A stretch of 64,000 bases of DNA. Source: Spirochaetia bacterium (GTDB lineage Bacteria; Spirochaetota; Spirochaetia; CAKZLE01). Below, one piece after another: positions 38,048 to 47,467 of this stretch; the first letter of the stretch is position 1; every line of letters begins with the position of its first letter. Made by a program: the position numbers and the translations under genes. The notes beneath the pieces were generated by a model, which searched no databases, had not been told where the DNA came from, and worked only from the letters and a program-made list of their open reading frames with translations. Location of the stretch: assembly GCA_021736385.1 (NCBI GenBank), contig JAIPFY010000004.1, forward strand, positions 6,112 through 70,111. The letters run 5' to 3'.

Positions 38048-40684
38048 ATGAGAGGACGAACGACAGGTACGGCTGTCCTGCTGTCAGTGATACTGATCCT
38101 TGCAGCGGGATGTACGACAGAGCCTTCGCAGCAGGCGTATGAGCAGCTGCTTGCCGAGCGGAATCAGCAGTTCGCCCAGGCGAAGCTGCAGCCGGGACAG
38201 CAGCTGATCATCAATGAGGTCTCCCTGTGGAATACCACGGAACTTCAGGCGGATGACGGCACGTTCCCCCAGTGGATCGAACTACGCAACGTGACCGAAG
38301 AAGATCTACAGCTCGAGGGCTGGCGTATCGTGGTGACCGACCGGGACGGCACGGTCACCCGCTTCCTGCCGTTTCCCTCCCTGACCATGGAAGCCGGCTC
38401 GATCAGGCTCCTTGCGTTCGTACCGCAGGCTTCGAGGCTCCCTGTCTCTGCGATCAGGTTCACTGAAGCGCTGCCTGTGACCACTGCAGCGGTCGAACTG
38501 GTCGATGCGCAGCAGGTGACCGTTGACCGGTTCCTGATCGAGGAGACCGAAGTCAGTTCCTGGGAAGATCCCCCCCCGCGTGATATCTCCTATGCCCGTG
38601 AAGCCGACCACGGCCGCCTGATCCGAAGGAGCACCTCACCCAGTCCCGGTATGGACAACGAGCTGGGAATCCCGACCCCTGTGTTCACAGTCTCTTCAGG
38701 TTTCTATGATTCACTTGCACTGGAGTTCTCGACAGAGGACCTTCCGGCAGACTATGAGATCCGGTATACGATCAACGACGGGTATACCCGTGGAGAGGAC
38801 ATCTATGACACCCGGAAGCTGTGGAAGTACCCGACGCAGCACGAGGGACAGCTCTATACAGGACCGGTACCGCTGGATGCGACTGCTGTGGTGAAGGCAC
38901 GGGTCTATACCCCTACGGGGGCCTGCAGCCGCATGATCGTACGGACCTATCTCATCGATGAATCCACTGAACTGCCCATCTGGTCTCTGACTGCTGATCC
39001 TGCTGATCTCTGGAGTGCCGAGTATGGCATCTATACTGCCGCGGAGAGCACTGATGAGCCGAACTTTACCAAGAAAGGCTTCAGGATGGTGCATACGGAG
39101 TTCTTTGACCATGACCGGCAGCAGAGTCCCTCGTTCTCCGATACCTATCTCATGAGGATCTTCGGGAACTCCTCCAGATACTTCCTGAGCAAGTCGCTTG
39201 CACTCTATGCGAAGGCACCCGCATCACAGAAGCGGATCCCCAACCGGTTCTTCACCGGATCTGCTGCCCATATCGATGAGCTCTATGCTGTGGTATTGAG
39301 AACCTCGGGAGGGGACTATGAACGGGCGATGATCCGAGACGGACTGATGACCGGGCTCGCTACGGATCATGGGTTGGAGAAACAGGATATACGACCCTCT
39401 GTGGTGTTCCTCAACGGACAGTACTGGGGGATCCTGAACATACGCGAGAAGGTCAATGAGTACTTTCTCGAAGACCATGCAGGGATCGACCCTGACGTGG
39501 TCGATCTCATTGAGGGATCCTACTTTGATGAGATGGTAGCCAGCGAAGGATCGATGGCGGCTGTCACCGAGCTCTATGAGTACATCACCAGTGCCGATGC
39601 CTCGTACGATGTCCTCTATGATCGGTTCGCTGAGATGGTCGATATCGAGAACTTCATCGACTACATCATCTTTCAGACGTTCATCAATAATACTGACTGG
39701 CCGTGGAGCAACATGAAGATGTGGCGACCTCAGACACCGGAAGGGAAATGGCGATTCATCTTCTATGATACCGATGCCGGGTTCGATACCACCGAGTATT
39801 TCACTCAGAGCTTCCCTGACCCCGAGCGATTCCCGAAAGGGCGTGCTGATCATGATATGCTCCACTATCTTGCGACCGATTTACGTTCCGATGTGATCAG
39901 CAGACTCTTCAAGTCCCTGATCCGCAACCGGCGGTTCTATGATCAGTTCATCACCCGCTACACGGAACTGCTCGATACCCATCTCACCCCTGCATACCTG
40001 ACTGCTGAAGTGTCCAGACATGCTGCTGTGATCGCACAGGAGATCCCCAGACACGCGCAGCGGTGGTCGATCCTGGATACGTATAAGGACAACCAGTACT
40101 ATTTCTCGCAGGAGGCCTGGGAGCAGGAACTCTCTGTGCTCTATGAGTTCGCCCGTGAACGGACTGCCCATGTGAGAGAACATCTGGCCGCTTTTGCTGT
40201 GGAGCATGAACCGGTCGAGCAGCTACGGATCGCCAATGGTGACTTCGAGGGAGAGGATTTGAGCATGTGGAATCTGCGCTGGTCAGAAGAGAATGTACGA
40301 TCAGAAGTGGTGAAGGACGGTGATGGACATGTGGGATCCATACAGATCATCAAGGGTATGACCTACCCGTGGGATTCGGTATCCTTCGTCTATGACAACA
40401 TATTCCTCGAAGAGCAGACTGAGATCGAGTTCGCCTTCGATATGAGAAGCAGCAGCCGCCTCTCGAGCGGTGAATATGTCAGGGTGGTCCTCTTTCAGGC
40501 AGATACCAACGAACGGGTCTTCTCTCTGGATGTCGTGCCATCTCTCGAGTGGGAGCGGGAGAAGATCAGAGTCCGGTATACCGGTCCTCTGATGTTCAAT
40601 GGTCGCCTGCAGTTTCGCGTCGGTACGCTCAAAGAGGGGCGTGAGATCCTCATCGATTCGATTACCATGACGATAGTGGAGTAG
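38048..40684 (+). CDS. Lipoprotein: LTD - CotH atypical protein kinase domain - CBM4/9-like C-terminal domain
   Basis: Lipobox LAAGC. N-terminal LTD (LIINEVSLWNT...WIELRNVTEEDLQLEGWRIV). Central region with CotH-family hallmarks (FGNSSRYFLSKSLALYAK, NNTDWPWSNMKMWRP, YDTDAGFD). C-terminal NGDFEGEDLSMWN... beta-sandwich. AGGAGA RBS. Confidence 0.75.
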   Translation: MRGRTTGTAVLLSVILILAAGCTTEPSQQAYEQLLAERNQQFAQAKLQPGQQLIINEVSLWNTTELQADDGTFPQWIELRNVTEEDLQLEGWRIVVTDRDGTVTRFLPFPSLTMEAGSIRLLAFVPQASRLPVSAIRFTEALPVTTAAVELVDAQQVTVDRFLIEETEVSSWEDPPPRDISYAREADHGRLIRRSTSPSPGMDNELGIPTPVFTVSSGFYDSLALEFSTEDLPADYEIRYTINDGYTRGEDIYDTRKLWKYPTQHEGQLYTGPVPLDATAVVKARVYTPTGACSRMIVRTYLIDESTELPIWSLTADPADLWSAEYGIYTAAESTDEPNFTKKGFRMVHTEFFDHDRQQSPSFSDTYLMRIFGNSSRYFLSKSLALYAKAPASQKRIPNRFFTGSAAHIDELYAVVLRTSGGDYERAMIRDGLMTGLATDHGLEKQDIRPSVVFLNGQYWGILNIREKVNEYFLEDHAGIDPDVVDLIEGSYFDEMVASEGSMAAVTELYEYITSADASYDVLYDRFAEMVDIENFIDYIIFQTFINNTDWPWSNMKMWRPQTPEGKWRFIFYDTDAGFDTTEYFTQSFPDPERFPKGRADHDMLHYLATDLRSDVISRLFKSLIRNRRFYDQFITRYTELLDTHLTPAYLTAEVSRHAAVIAQEIPRHAQRWSILDTYKDNQYYFSQEAWEQELSVLYEFARERTAHVREHLAAFAVEHEPVEQLRIANGDFEGEDLSMWNLRWSEENVRSEVVKDGDGHVGSIQIIKGMTYPWDSVSFVYDNIFLEEQTEIEFAFDMRSSSRLSSGEYVRVVLFQADTNERVFSLDVVPSLEWEREKIRVRYTGPLMFNGRLQFRVGTLKEGREILIDSITMTIVE

Positions 40685-40688
40685 TGAT

Positions 40689-41624
40689 ATGAAACAGACG
40701 ATCCTGATCCTGGCTCTGATGAGCATGATTCTTGGCTGCACGACTGCACCTCCTGCAGTCTCGGACCGGGAACCGGTAGAGGCCGTGCCTGCCTTCATCG
40801 TGATCAACGAGGCCGCCTCGGAGGGCGACTTTGAGTTCATAGAACTCTTTGCCATCACCCCCCACCCGGTGATCTTCTCATCCGGCTGGAGCCTGATCGA
40901 TAATGCGAACAACTTCAGTGAAGGGGAGAAGGCCTTCATCATCCCTGAGGGGACAGTCATCCCGGCCTACGGGTATCTGCTGATCTGTCCGTTCACCGAG
41001 GCCAGGGCCAAGGACGTCCTCAACGATCCCGATGTTCCCGCCGATGCCCTCTGTGACATCTCCTTCTCTCTGGGTTCCAACGATTCGGTATCCCTGTACT
41101 ACGATTCACTGCTGGTTGACAGCCTCTCGTGGGAACATGATGTGAACTCGATCGGCAGGGTGACCGATGGTCTTGCGGAGATCTCAGATGAGCTGGTACC
41201 GACCCCCGGGATGCAGAACAGGACTGAACCTGTCGCACGGGGATCGTTCCCGATACGGATCAATGAGATCAACTCCAGAGGTGATGACTATGTCGAGCTG
41301 TACAATAGCGGTGACACACCATTCTCGTTCACCGAAGGTGATTGGGTCATCGAAGATATCAGAAAGGACCGGGACTATGAGATCCCGGGATCATTGGAGA
41401 TCCCGGCAGAAGGGTATGTGCTGCTGCGAACAGGGCATGATGACTTCTCAGTGAAGTTCGGCAGCTCTGACAGTGTCATCCTCAGATACAAAGATCGTAT
41501 CTTCGACAGCTATCGCTGGGGTGAGCATGTGAACTCTCATGGCCGGTATCCTGATGGGGCTGATCAGTGGGGTCCCATGGAGATGAGTCCGGGAGAGGAG
41601 AATCTCCCGGTCACAGCTGATTAA
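40689..41624 (+). CDS. Lipoprotein with two lamin-tail domains (LTD)
   Basis: Lipobox ILGC. Two LTD signatures (FIVINEAASEGDFEFIELF and IRINEINSRGDDYVELYNSG). 5 bp after the CotH gene. Confidence 0.7.
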   Translation: MKQTILILALMSMILGCTTAPPAVSDREPVEAVPAFIVINEAASEGDFEFIELFAITPHPVIFSSGWSLIDNANNFSEGEKAFIIPEGTVIPAYGYLLICPFTEARAKDVLNDPDVPADALCDISFSLGSNDSVSLYYDSLLVDSLSWEHDVNSIGRVTDGLAEISDELVPTPGMQNRTEPVARGSFPIRINEINSRGDDYVELYNSGDTPFSFTEGDWVIEDIRKDRDYEIPGSLEIPAEGYVLLRTGHDDFSVKFGSSDSVILRYKDRIFDSYRWGEHVNSHGRYPDGADQWGPMEMSPGEENLPVTAD

Positions 41625-42232
41625 CTCTCCTGAAAGTCAGACAGGAAGCTGGGATACCGTTTTGCATCGTAGAGGATCTCCAGCATGGCGGTATCTCTCA
41701 GGAAGTTTATCGCCCCAATATGGACATCAAGCACCTCGATGCCCAGTCGCTTCTCAAGGTCTTCGATCAGAGCCGGTCTGTTCTCTGGTCTGATCAACTC
41801 GATCTTCTCATACCGTACCGTCAGAATACTCTTGGAGCGTCGGAACCAGAGCAGCTCAAGGATCGCAGTGATCAGCAGGATCACCGTATTGACTCCGAGG
41901 ATGATCAGGGCACTGTACCCGGCTGCGGTCAGGGAGTTGATCACCGATACGGTGATAGCCAGGAACATGTAGGTCATCTCCCGGATCTGTACGGTCGTGG
42001 TACGGTAGCGCAGGATCCCGAAGATCGCAAAGAGACCCAGAGCGAGACCGAGTTCGAGATTGATACTCGAGAGCAGATAACAGAGAAAGAATACGGCGAC
42101 ACCTATGATATTGGACGTGAAGACATACTCCTTCTTACGGGACCCGGTATAGTAGAGAAACCGGGTGATGAGTATGAGCATCACGGTGTTGATCAGAAAA
42201 CGCACAGCAAGATCAAATAGGGGACTGTTCAT
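41621..42232 (-). CDS. DUF4956-family small membrane protein
   Basis: 203 aa, four hydrophobic helices plus a C-terminal soluble tail. AAAGAGG RBS. Overlaps the upstream VTC gene by 20 bp. This family typically neighbours VTC-domain genes. Confidence 0.6.
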   Translation of the reverse strand: MNSPLFDLAVRFLINTVMLILITRFLYYTGSRKKEYVFTSNIIGVAVFFLCYLLSSINLELGLALGLFAIFGILRYRTTTVQIREMTYMFLAITVSVINSLTAAGYSALIILGVNTVILLITAILELLWFRRSKSILTVRYEKIELIRPENRPALIEDLEKRLGIEVLDVHIGAINFLRDTAMLEILYDAKRYPSFLSDFQES

Positions 42233-43055
42233 GTGATAACCTCTTTATCAGGAGTTGTTTGCTTTTGAAGCTGTTGTATTTCAGGCTGGGATCCAGCTCG
42301 ATCATGCCGATACAGTATTTGCTGAAGCCCGAAGGTTGGATCCCGAGATCATGCAGGATCCGTGCAAAGGTCAGTCTCGGGACAGCCCCTTCATGCTTGA
42401 TCTCTGCGATGACCAGCCTCTCGGGCCGATTCGTATGTTCAGCAGATGAGAAGACCAGTGAAGTATCTATGGTGATTCGCTCAGCCCCTGACAGATGCAC
42501 CAGGGTGACCCGGTTGAATTCGAGGGACAGGGCCTTCATGAGCGACTGGGGGTCGTAGGGCAGGATCGGTCCTGCGAAGTCGATGATCGTCTCAAGGAGC
42601 CTGCTGTCAGATAGCAACTCATCGAGATCGCTGGTATCAGCAAGCCTGAGACGATGTTTTCTGGTCTTCCCCTTGAACTTCTCTTTTATCTCTGCAAATA
42701 CCAGATCGAATCCCCGGTATTCCCTGAGTCGCAGTTTGTATCGGTGCTCCTTACCGTTGTGATGTGAGAGGAACATATCGTACGAGGGGGTATCGAAATA
42801 GGCCGTGTAGTAGGGGAACAGCTGCATTCCCCCTTCGGTGGTGACCCTGTACTCATGAGCACAGGCTGCGAGTATCTCAGGCAGGCGATGTGATGAGAAG
42901 ACATACTTGGTATCGAACCGGTTGAGCAGTCCCACTTCTGTGGTCTCTTTGAGGCTGATCGGGTCGAACCGGCTAAGCAGTTCATCCATTGCAGAGAGTG
43001 GGTTCTGATGCTGTCGGGACGGTGAAGCTGTCATGAGGTAAGTATACCCTACCAT
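42213..43055 (-). CDS. VTC-domain protein (polyphosphate polymerase-like / CYTH-like domain of vacuolar transporter chaperone)
   Basis: 280 aa. Sequence features (TKYVF, Y..AYFDT, HRYKLRLREY, basic tunnel residues) match the VTC/PF09359-type fold as I recall it. Start codon uncertain (43055 or 43034). Confidence 0.55.
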   Translation of the reverse strand: MVGYTYLMTASPSRQHQNPLSAMDELLSRFDPISLKETTEVGLLNRFDTKYVFSSHRLPEILAACAHEYRVTTEGGMQLFPYYTAYFDTPSYDMFLSHHNGKEHRYKLRLREYRGFDLVFAEIKEKFKGKTRKHRLRLADTSDLDELLSDSRLLETIIDFAGPILPYDPQSLMKALSLEFNRVTLVHLSGAERITIDTSLVFSSAEHTNRPERLVIAEIKHEGAVPRLTFARILHDLGIQPSGFSKYCIGMIELDPSLKYNSFKSKQLLIKRLSHEQSPI

Positions 43056-43103
43056 TGGATTCTTTTATAGAGAAATAATGTTTATGTGTATTAACTATAT
43101 GTA

Positions 43104-43132
43104 TTGACATGAATCCACACTAAAGTTAGAAT
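43104..43132 (+). promoter_or_regulatory. Sigma-70 promoter TTGACA-17-TAGAAT for the feo operon; GCTAA-containing motifs just downstream may be a metalloregulator box
   Basis: Perfect -35 and near-consensus -10. TAGGCTAA downstream resembles a DtxR/IdeR half-site. Confidence 0.6.
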
Positions 43133-43174
43133 GAGCTAACAATATAAGAATAGGCTAATTTCAGAGGTGAAGAT

Positions 43175-43507
43175 ATGAGAGGATTCGGACAGGGAATGTT
43201 TGGTAGAGGCCGGGGCGGCGGACGAGGACGTGGACATGGACCGAAAGGATGCTCTGATGGTGAATGCTGTGCAAGACGCCGTCGGGCTCTGCATGGGATG
43301 ACACCCGGTGAGAGTGCCATAATCACCGAACTGCCCTGCCAGGGGAAACATCGGAAACGATTGATATCATTGGGGATGCTGCCCGGGACACGAGTGACCT
43401 GCGTACGGACCAACGGCAAGTCAGGTCTCTGTGTCAGGATCGATAGAAGTGAGTTCTGCATAGACAGCTCTCTGGCTGAGCAGATACAAGTTGGGGGATC
43501 GATATGA
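43175..43507 (+). CDS. feoA: FeoA-domain protein with Gly/Arg-rich, Cys-containing N-terminal extension
   Basis: C-terminal SH3-like FeoA domain (GESAIITELP...RLISLGMLPGTRV). N-terminal 40 aa GRGRGGGRGRGHGPKGCSDGECCARRRR. GAGGTG RBS supports the long start. Confidence 0.7.
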   Translation: MRGFGQGMFGRGRGGGRGRGHGPKGCSDGECCARRRRALHGMTPGESAIITELPCQGKHRKRLISLGMLPGTRVTCVRTNGKSGLCVRIDRSEFCIDSSLAEQIQVGGSI

Positions 43508-43749
43508 GTGACGTGATGGGATTGAAGCAGATGAGCAAAGGTGATAAGGCTATCCTGACAGGGTTCTCTGAGAACGGGAGTGCCTATCGAAGGAAACTGT
43601 TGTCGATGGGGCTGACCCGGGGGGTGGAGATCGAGTTCGTCCAGGCAGCCCCGATGGGTGACCCGATAGAGATCAAGGTCCGGGGCTATGCCCTGAGCCT
43701 GAGGAGAGCAGAAGCAGAAGTGCTTCAGCTCAGGGGAGTGGACAGATGA
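43504..43749 (+). CDS. feoA: FeoA-domain protein (second copy)
   Basis: 81 aa FeoA fold. ATGA overlap with both neighbours. Confidence 0.8.
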   Translation: MSDVMGLKQMSKGDKAILTGFSENGSAYRRKLLSMGLTRGVEIEFVQAAPMGDPIEIKVRGYALSLRRAEAEVLQLRGVDR

Positions 43750-46043
43750 ACAGCAAAGCTCACCCCTCGATCGCGATCGCGGGGAATCCGAACTGTGGGA
43801 AGACCACCATCTTCAATGCCCTCACCGGTAGTGATCAGCGGGTAGGGAACTGGCCCGGGGTCACCGTTGAGAAGAAGTCGGGCAAGTTCACCTTCCCCCA
43901 TGTCTCAGGAGAGGTCATAGACCTTCCGGGGATCTATTCACTGAGTCCTGACTCGGAAGATGAGATCGTGGCACGAAGATTCCTGGCATCAGCGGAGTAT
44001 GATGTGGTGATCAATGTGATCGATGCCTCCAACCTGGTGAGGAATCTCTATCTGACGACACAGCTTCGTGAGATGGATATTCCCATGATCATCGTGATCA
44101 ATAAGCAGGACCTTGCCGCAAAACATGGGCTGAACATCGATGCGGAGAAGATGAGCAAGGGCCTTGGAGCTCCGGTCATCTCGATCAGTGCCGTCGATGA
44201 ACATGACATCGCACGTCTGAAGAAGGGATTGAGCCGGTATCTTGTGCAGGATACGCTCATCAACACCCCGTTCAGTGTCTCCTACGGGGAAGCTATAGAG
44301 CGGTTCATCGCAAGCGGGATCGTATCGAACGATGCCCTCGGCGCATTGGGACGGATGGGGCAGCGAAGTGCATCGATCGCACTGCTCGAGGATGATCCCA
44401 TCGTCATCGAGATGATCTGCTCGAGTGGTGTCTCGAAGGATGAGATCCTTCAGCGGCGAGAAGAGGTCTATAAAGCGGTCGGAGATGATCTGGATATCAT
44501 CCTGGCAGAACGGCGCTATGCCGCTATCGATGCACTTGAGCATACCGCCTCCTCTGAGACCTCAGGGAAGAAGGGCTTCGATCTTGACAGGATCGTCATG
44601 CATCGATACCTGGGAGTCCCGGTATTCTTCGCCATGATGTATCTGGTCTTCATGGTCACCATGACCCTCGGTGGAGCCTTCATCGACTTCTTCGATATCC
44701 TCTTCGGTGCCTTCTTCGTTGACGGGTTCGGGGCGCTCCTCTCCCTCATCCAGGCTCCTGAGTGGGTGATCACCTTCTTAGCTGGTGGTGTCGGCGGTGG
44801 TATCCAGACGATCGCGACCTTCATACCTATCATCTTCTTCATGTTCCTGATGCTCGGTATCCTGGAAGATTCCGGGTATATGGCACGGGCTGCCTTTGTC
44901 ATGGACCGCTTCATGCGGTTCGTCGGGCTTCCCGGTAAAGCGTTCGTACCCATGCTGGTAGGCTTCGGATGTACCGTCCCTGCGATCATGGCGACCAGGA
45001 CGCTGGATTCGAAACGGGATCGGTTCCTCGCGATCTTCATGGTACCGTTCATGTCCTGCGGGGCACGACTGCCGGTCTATGCGTTGTTCGCTGCAGCCTT
45101 CTTCAGTACCCATGCGGGACTGGTGGTCTTCTCGATCTACATGGCAGGTATTCTCCTGTCGATCATGACCGGGATGATCCTGAAGAGGACGCTGTTCAAG
45201 GGTGAGTTCTCTCCCTTCATCATGGAACTCCCCGAGTACCATATCCCCAAGCTCAGGAAGGTCATGAAGTATTCCTGGGACCGACTCACGCTGTTCATGT
45301 TCCGTGCAGGGAAGGTGATCATCGTGGTCGTCTGCATCCTGACTCTGCTCGGCAGCTTCGGGACCGATGGATCGTTCGGGAACGAGGATAGCCAGAACTC
45401 GGTACTCGCTGCCATCGGTAAGACGATCACTCCCATCTTCGGACCTATGGGGATCACCGAAGATAACTGGCCGGCAACCGTAGGCCTGTTTACCGGGATC
45501 TTTGCCAAAGAGGCCGTAGTGGGTACCTTGAACAGTCTCTACCTGACATCCGATGGGGGGGTAGAAGAGGATACAGAACCTTTCAGCCTCTCAGGAGAGA
45601 TCCTTGCAGCCTTCAGCTCCATCGGTGAGAACCTCGCAGGTATCGCAGGAGGACTGGCTGATCCCCTGGGACTCGGCATCCTCGGTGCAGAAGAGCAGGA
45701 GACAGCCGAAGAGGTCGGTGCTGATTCACAGCTCTTCGGTATCCTCAGAGCGATGTTCACCCCTGCAGCAGCCTATGCCTATCTGCTGTTCATCCTGATC
45801 TACTTCCCCTGTGTCGCTGCCCTCGGTGCGGTCTTCAGAGAGGCCGGCAGATTCTACGGGATCCTGCTTGCCTCCTACCTGACGATCCTTGCCTGGGTGG
45901 TATCGGTCTTCGTCTATCAGGTTGCCGAGGGGCATTCTCCCCTCTGGATCACGGTCTCTGTGGGGATCAGTGCGCTGATCTACCTGAGTCTGATCCTCCT
46001 CGGAAAGCGTGAAGACAAGATGGAAGCAGCCCTGTTCCTCTAG
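43746..46043 (+). CDS. feoB: Ferrous iron transporter FeoB (G-domain + membrane permease)
   Basis: G1 motif GNPNCGKTT. NKQD. Long polytopic C-terminal domain with two gate motifs. 765 aa. Confidence 0.95.
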   Translation: MNSKAHPSIAIAGNPNCGKTTIFNALTGSDQRVGNWPGVTVEKKSGKFTFPHVSGEVIDLPGIYSLSPDSEDEIVARRFLASAEYDVVINVIDASNLVRNLYLTTQLREMDIPMIIVINKQDLAAKHGLNIDAEKMSKGLGAPVISISAVDEHDIARLKKGLSRYLVQDTLINTPFSVSYGEAIERFIASGIVSNDALGALGRMGQRSASIALLEDDPIVIEMICSSGVSKDEILQRREEVYKAVGDDLDIILAERRYAAIDALEHTASSETSGKKGFDLDRIVMHRYLGVPVFFAMMYLVFMVTMTLGGAFIDFFDILFGAFFVDGFGALLSLIQAPEWVITFLAGGVGGGIQTIATFIPIIFFMFLMLGILEDSGYMARAAFVMDRFMRFVGLPGKAFVPMLVGFGCTVPAIMATRTLDSKRDRFLAIFMVPFMSCGARLPVYALFAAAFFSTHAGLVVFSIYMAGILLSIMTGMILKRTLFKGEFSPFIMELPEYHIPKLRKVMKYSWDRLTLFMFRAGKVIIVVVCILTLLGSFGTDGSFGNEDSQNSVLAAIGKTITPIFGPMGITEDNWPATVGLFTGIFAKEAVVGTLNSLYLTSDGGVEEDTEPFSLSGEILAAFSSIGENLAGIAGGLADPLGLGILGAEEQETAEEVGADSQLFGILRAMFTPAAAYAYLLFILIYFPCVAALGAVFREAGRFYGILLASYLTILAWVVSVFVYQVAEGHSPLWITVSVGISALIYLSLILLGKREDKMEAALFL

Positions 46044-46076
46044 GGAAGGGGGCAGATTCTCAACGAACATCAAGCG

Positions 46077-46139
46077 GTCTGCTCGTGCTGAGATCCCGGA
46101 TCAACGGTTCAGCACCGGCAGACCGTCCTTTCTTCTCGA
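46077..46139 (+). terminator. Long hairpin (outer 8-bp plus inner 7-bp stems) followed by a T-rich tract; feoB terminator
   Basis: CGGTCTGC...GCAGACCG with inner GTGCTGA/TCAGCAC, then TCCTTTCTTCT. Confidence 0.6.
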
Positions 46140-46170
46140 TTAGTTCTCAGGAGTATGATAAGGTATCTAT

Positions 46171-46872
46171 ATGAACGTGAATGAATTGGCTAAACGCTAT
46201 CCGACAGCCTCCGAATATATATCACAGATCTATCTCATCTTGCGAGATTATACCTACTGCAATAACCGCCGCCTTGCCGATCATATCGGGGTCTCACCAT
46301 CTGCAGTCTCACAGGCGGTGGGTCGTCTCAAACGGCTCGATATCGCAGAGCAGGACAAGTACGGGATGATCATGCTCAGAGAGACCGGGGTCATCCTCGC
46401 CGAGCAGATCCTCAGAAGGCACTACCTGCTTGAACATCTGATGGTCAGGAAACTGCACTTCCCCTGGGATCTCGCTGACAAGGAGGCCGAACATCTGCAG
46501 GACAAGGTCTCTGATGACTTCACTGACCATCTCGAGCAGGAGCTCGGACATCCCAGAGTATGTCCTCATGGGAATCCCTTTCCCTGTAATCCTGATGCAC
46601 CTGAGATCCTCAGTGCCCCGAGGCTCATCGACTGCACCGAAGGTGAGCATATCGAGATCGTGCGTATCACCGAAGAGGGGGAGCGGGTAGAGGGACTGCT
46701 GCATCTGTGCTATCTGGAAGGGGTAGTCCCGGGTACTACCTACCGCATCACCCGGATGCTGACCGAGGAGCTCGAGTTGGCTGAAGATACCACAGGACGT
46801 CTGATCGTCCTTCCCCGCAGCTATGGTGAACACCTGCGTGTGAAGTCTGTGGCTCCTGCACTCACAGCCTGA
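46171..46872 (+). CDS. DtxR/MntR-family metal-dependent transcriptional repressor with C-terminal SH3-like (FeoA-like) domain
   Basis: wHTH. Metal-binding region (HLEQELGHPRVCPHGNPFP). C-terminal SH3-like domain. Adjacent to the feo operon. Confidence 0.8.
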   Translation: MNVNELAKRYPTASEYISQIYLILRDYTYCNNRRLADHIGVSPSAVSQAVGRLKRLDIAEQDKYGMIMLRETGVILAEQILRRHYLLEHLMVRKLHFPWDLADKEAEHLQDKVSDDFTDHLEQELGHPRVCPHGNPFPCNPDAPEILSAPRLIDCTEGEHIEIVRITEEGERVEGLLHLCYLEGVVPGTTYRITRMLTEELELAEDTTGRLIVLPRSYGEHLRVKSVAPALTA

Positions 46873-46901
46873 ACCTGATCCTCTGCATACGTGGGTTTCC
46901 T

Positions 46902-47016
46902 CATCAAACGGCCATGACTGCCTGCCATGCCTTCCTGCAACGTTCCCTGACACCGCTCGAGCAGGATCTCATCAGTGTCCAAGAGGCTCCTCCCTCATGT
47001 ATGAGTCTGCTGCAGG
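46902..47016 (+). repeat. Direct repeat copy 1 (about 115 bp, ISL3 transposase 5' end including the start codon)
   Basis: About 93% identical to 49211-49325. Confidence 0.85.
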
Positions 47017-47467
47017 AGGTCCCATTCAAGGTTGAAGGACACCGAATAACCTATCCTCTGCAAAAGAGTATCATCTCCCTTCTGGAAAACGGCTTTACGC
47101 TAAAGGATGTCTCTGAACTGCTTGATGTGAACCCCTCATTGGTGAAAGATATTGACAAGAAGCGGTTGGAATCGAAGTTCAAGGACAAGCCACCAGAGTG
47201 CTACAGTAGGCATATCGGCATAGATGAATCTCTCCTGCATACACACACCCTCGATATGCTACGGTGGTTAAGGATCTTGATACTGGTCATGTGTTGTTCT
47301 GTGAAGAAGGGAAGAAGAAGGAACAGGTATACCATTTCATCAATCAGATGGGGCCTGACTGGATGAGCCATCTTGTTGCAGTAGCAATGGATATGAATGA
47401 CCACTATGTCAGTGCCTTCAGAGAGAAGGCACTCCATCTGGAGATCATCTACGACCGATCCATGTGA
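46914..47467 (+). pseudogene. ISL3-family transposase, frameshifted and C-terminally truncated
   Basis: Two overlapping frames. IGIDE (first D) then, after a frameshift, LDTGHVLFCEEGKKKEQVYHFINQMGPD...VAMDMNDHY...IYDRSM. This reproduces the conserved ISL3 DDE region up to the second D. No third catalytic residue or further C-terminus. Confidence 0.7.

Noticed and set aside
44516-45242. Antisense ORFs 44516-45052 and 44778-45242 within feoB
   Set aside because: Embedded in the clearly real feoB. Composition artefacts, no start context.
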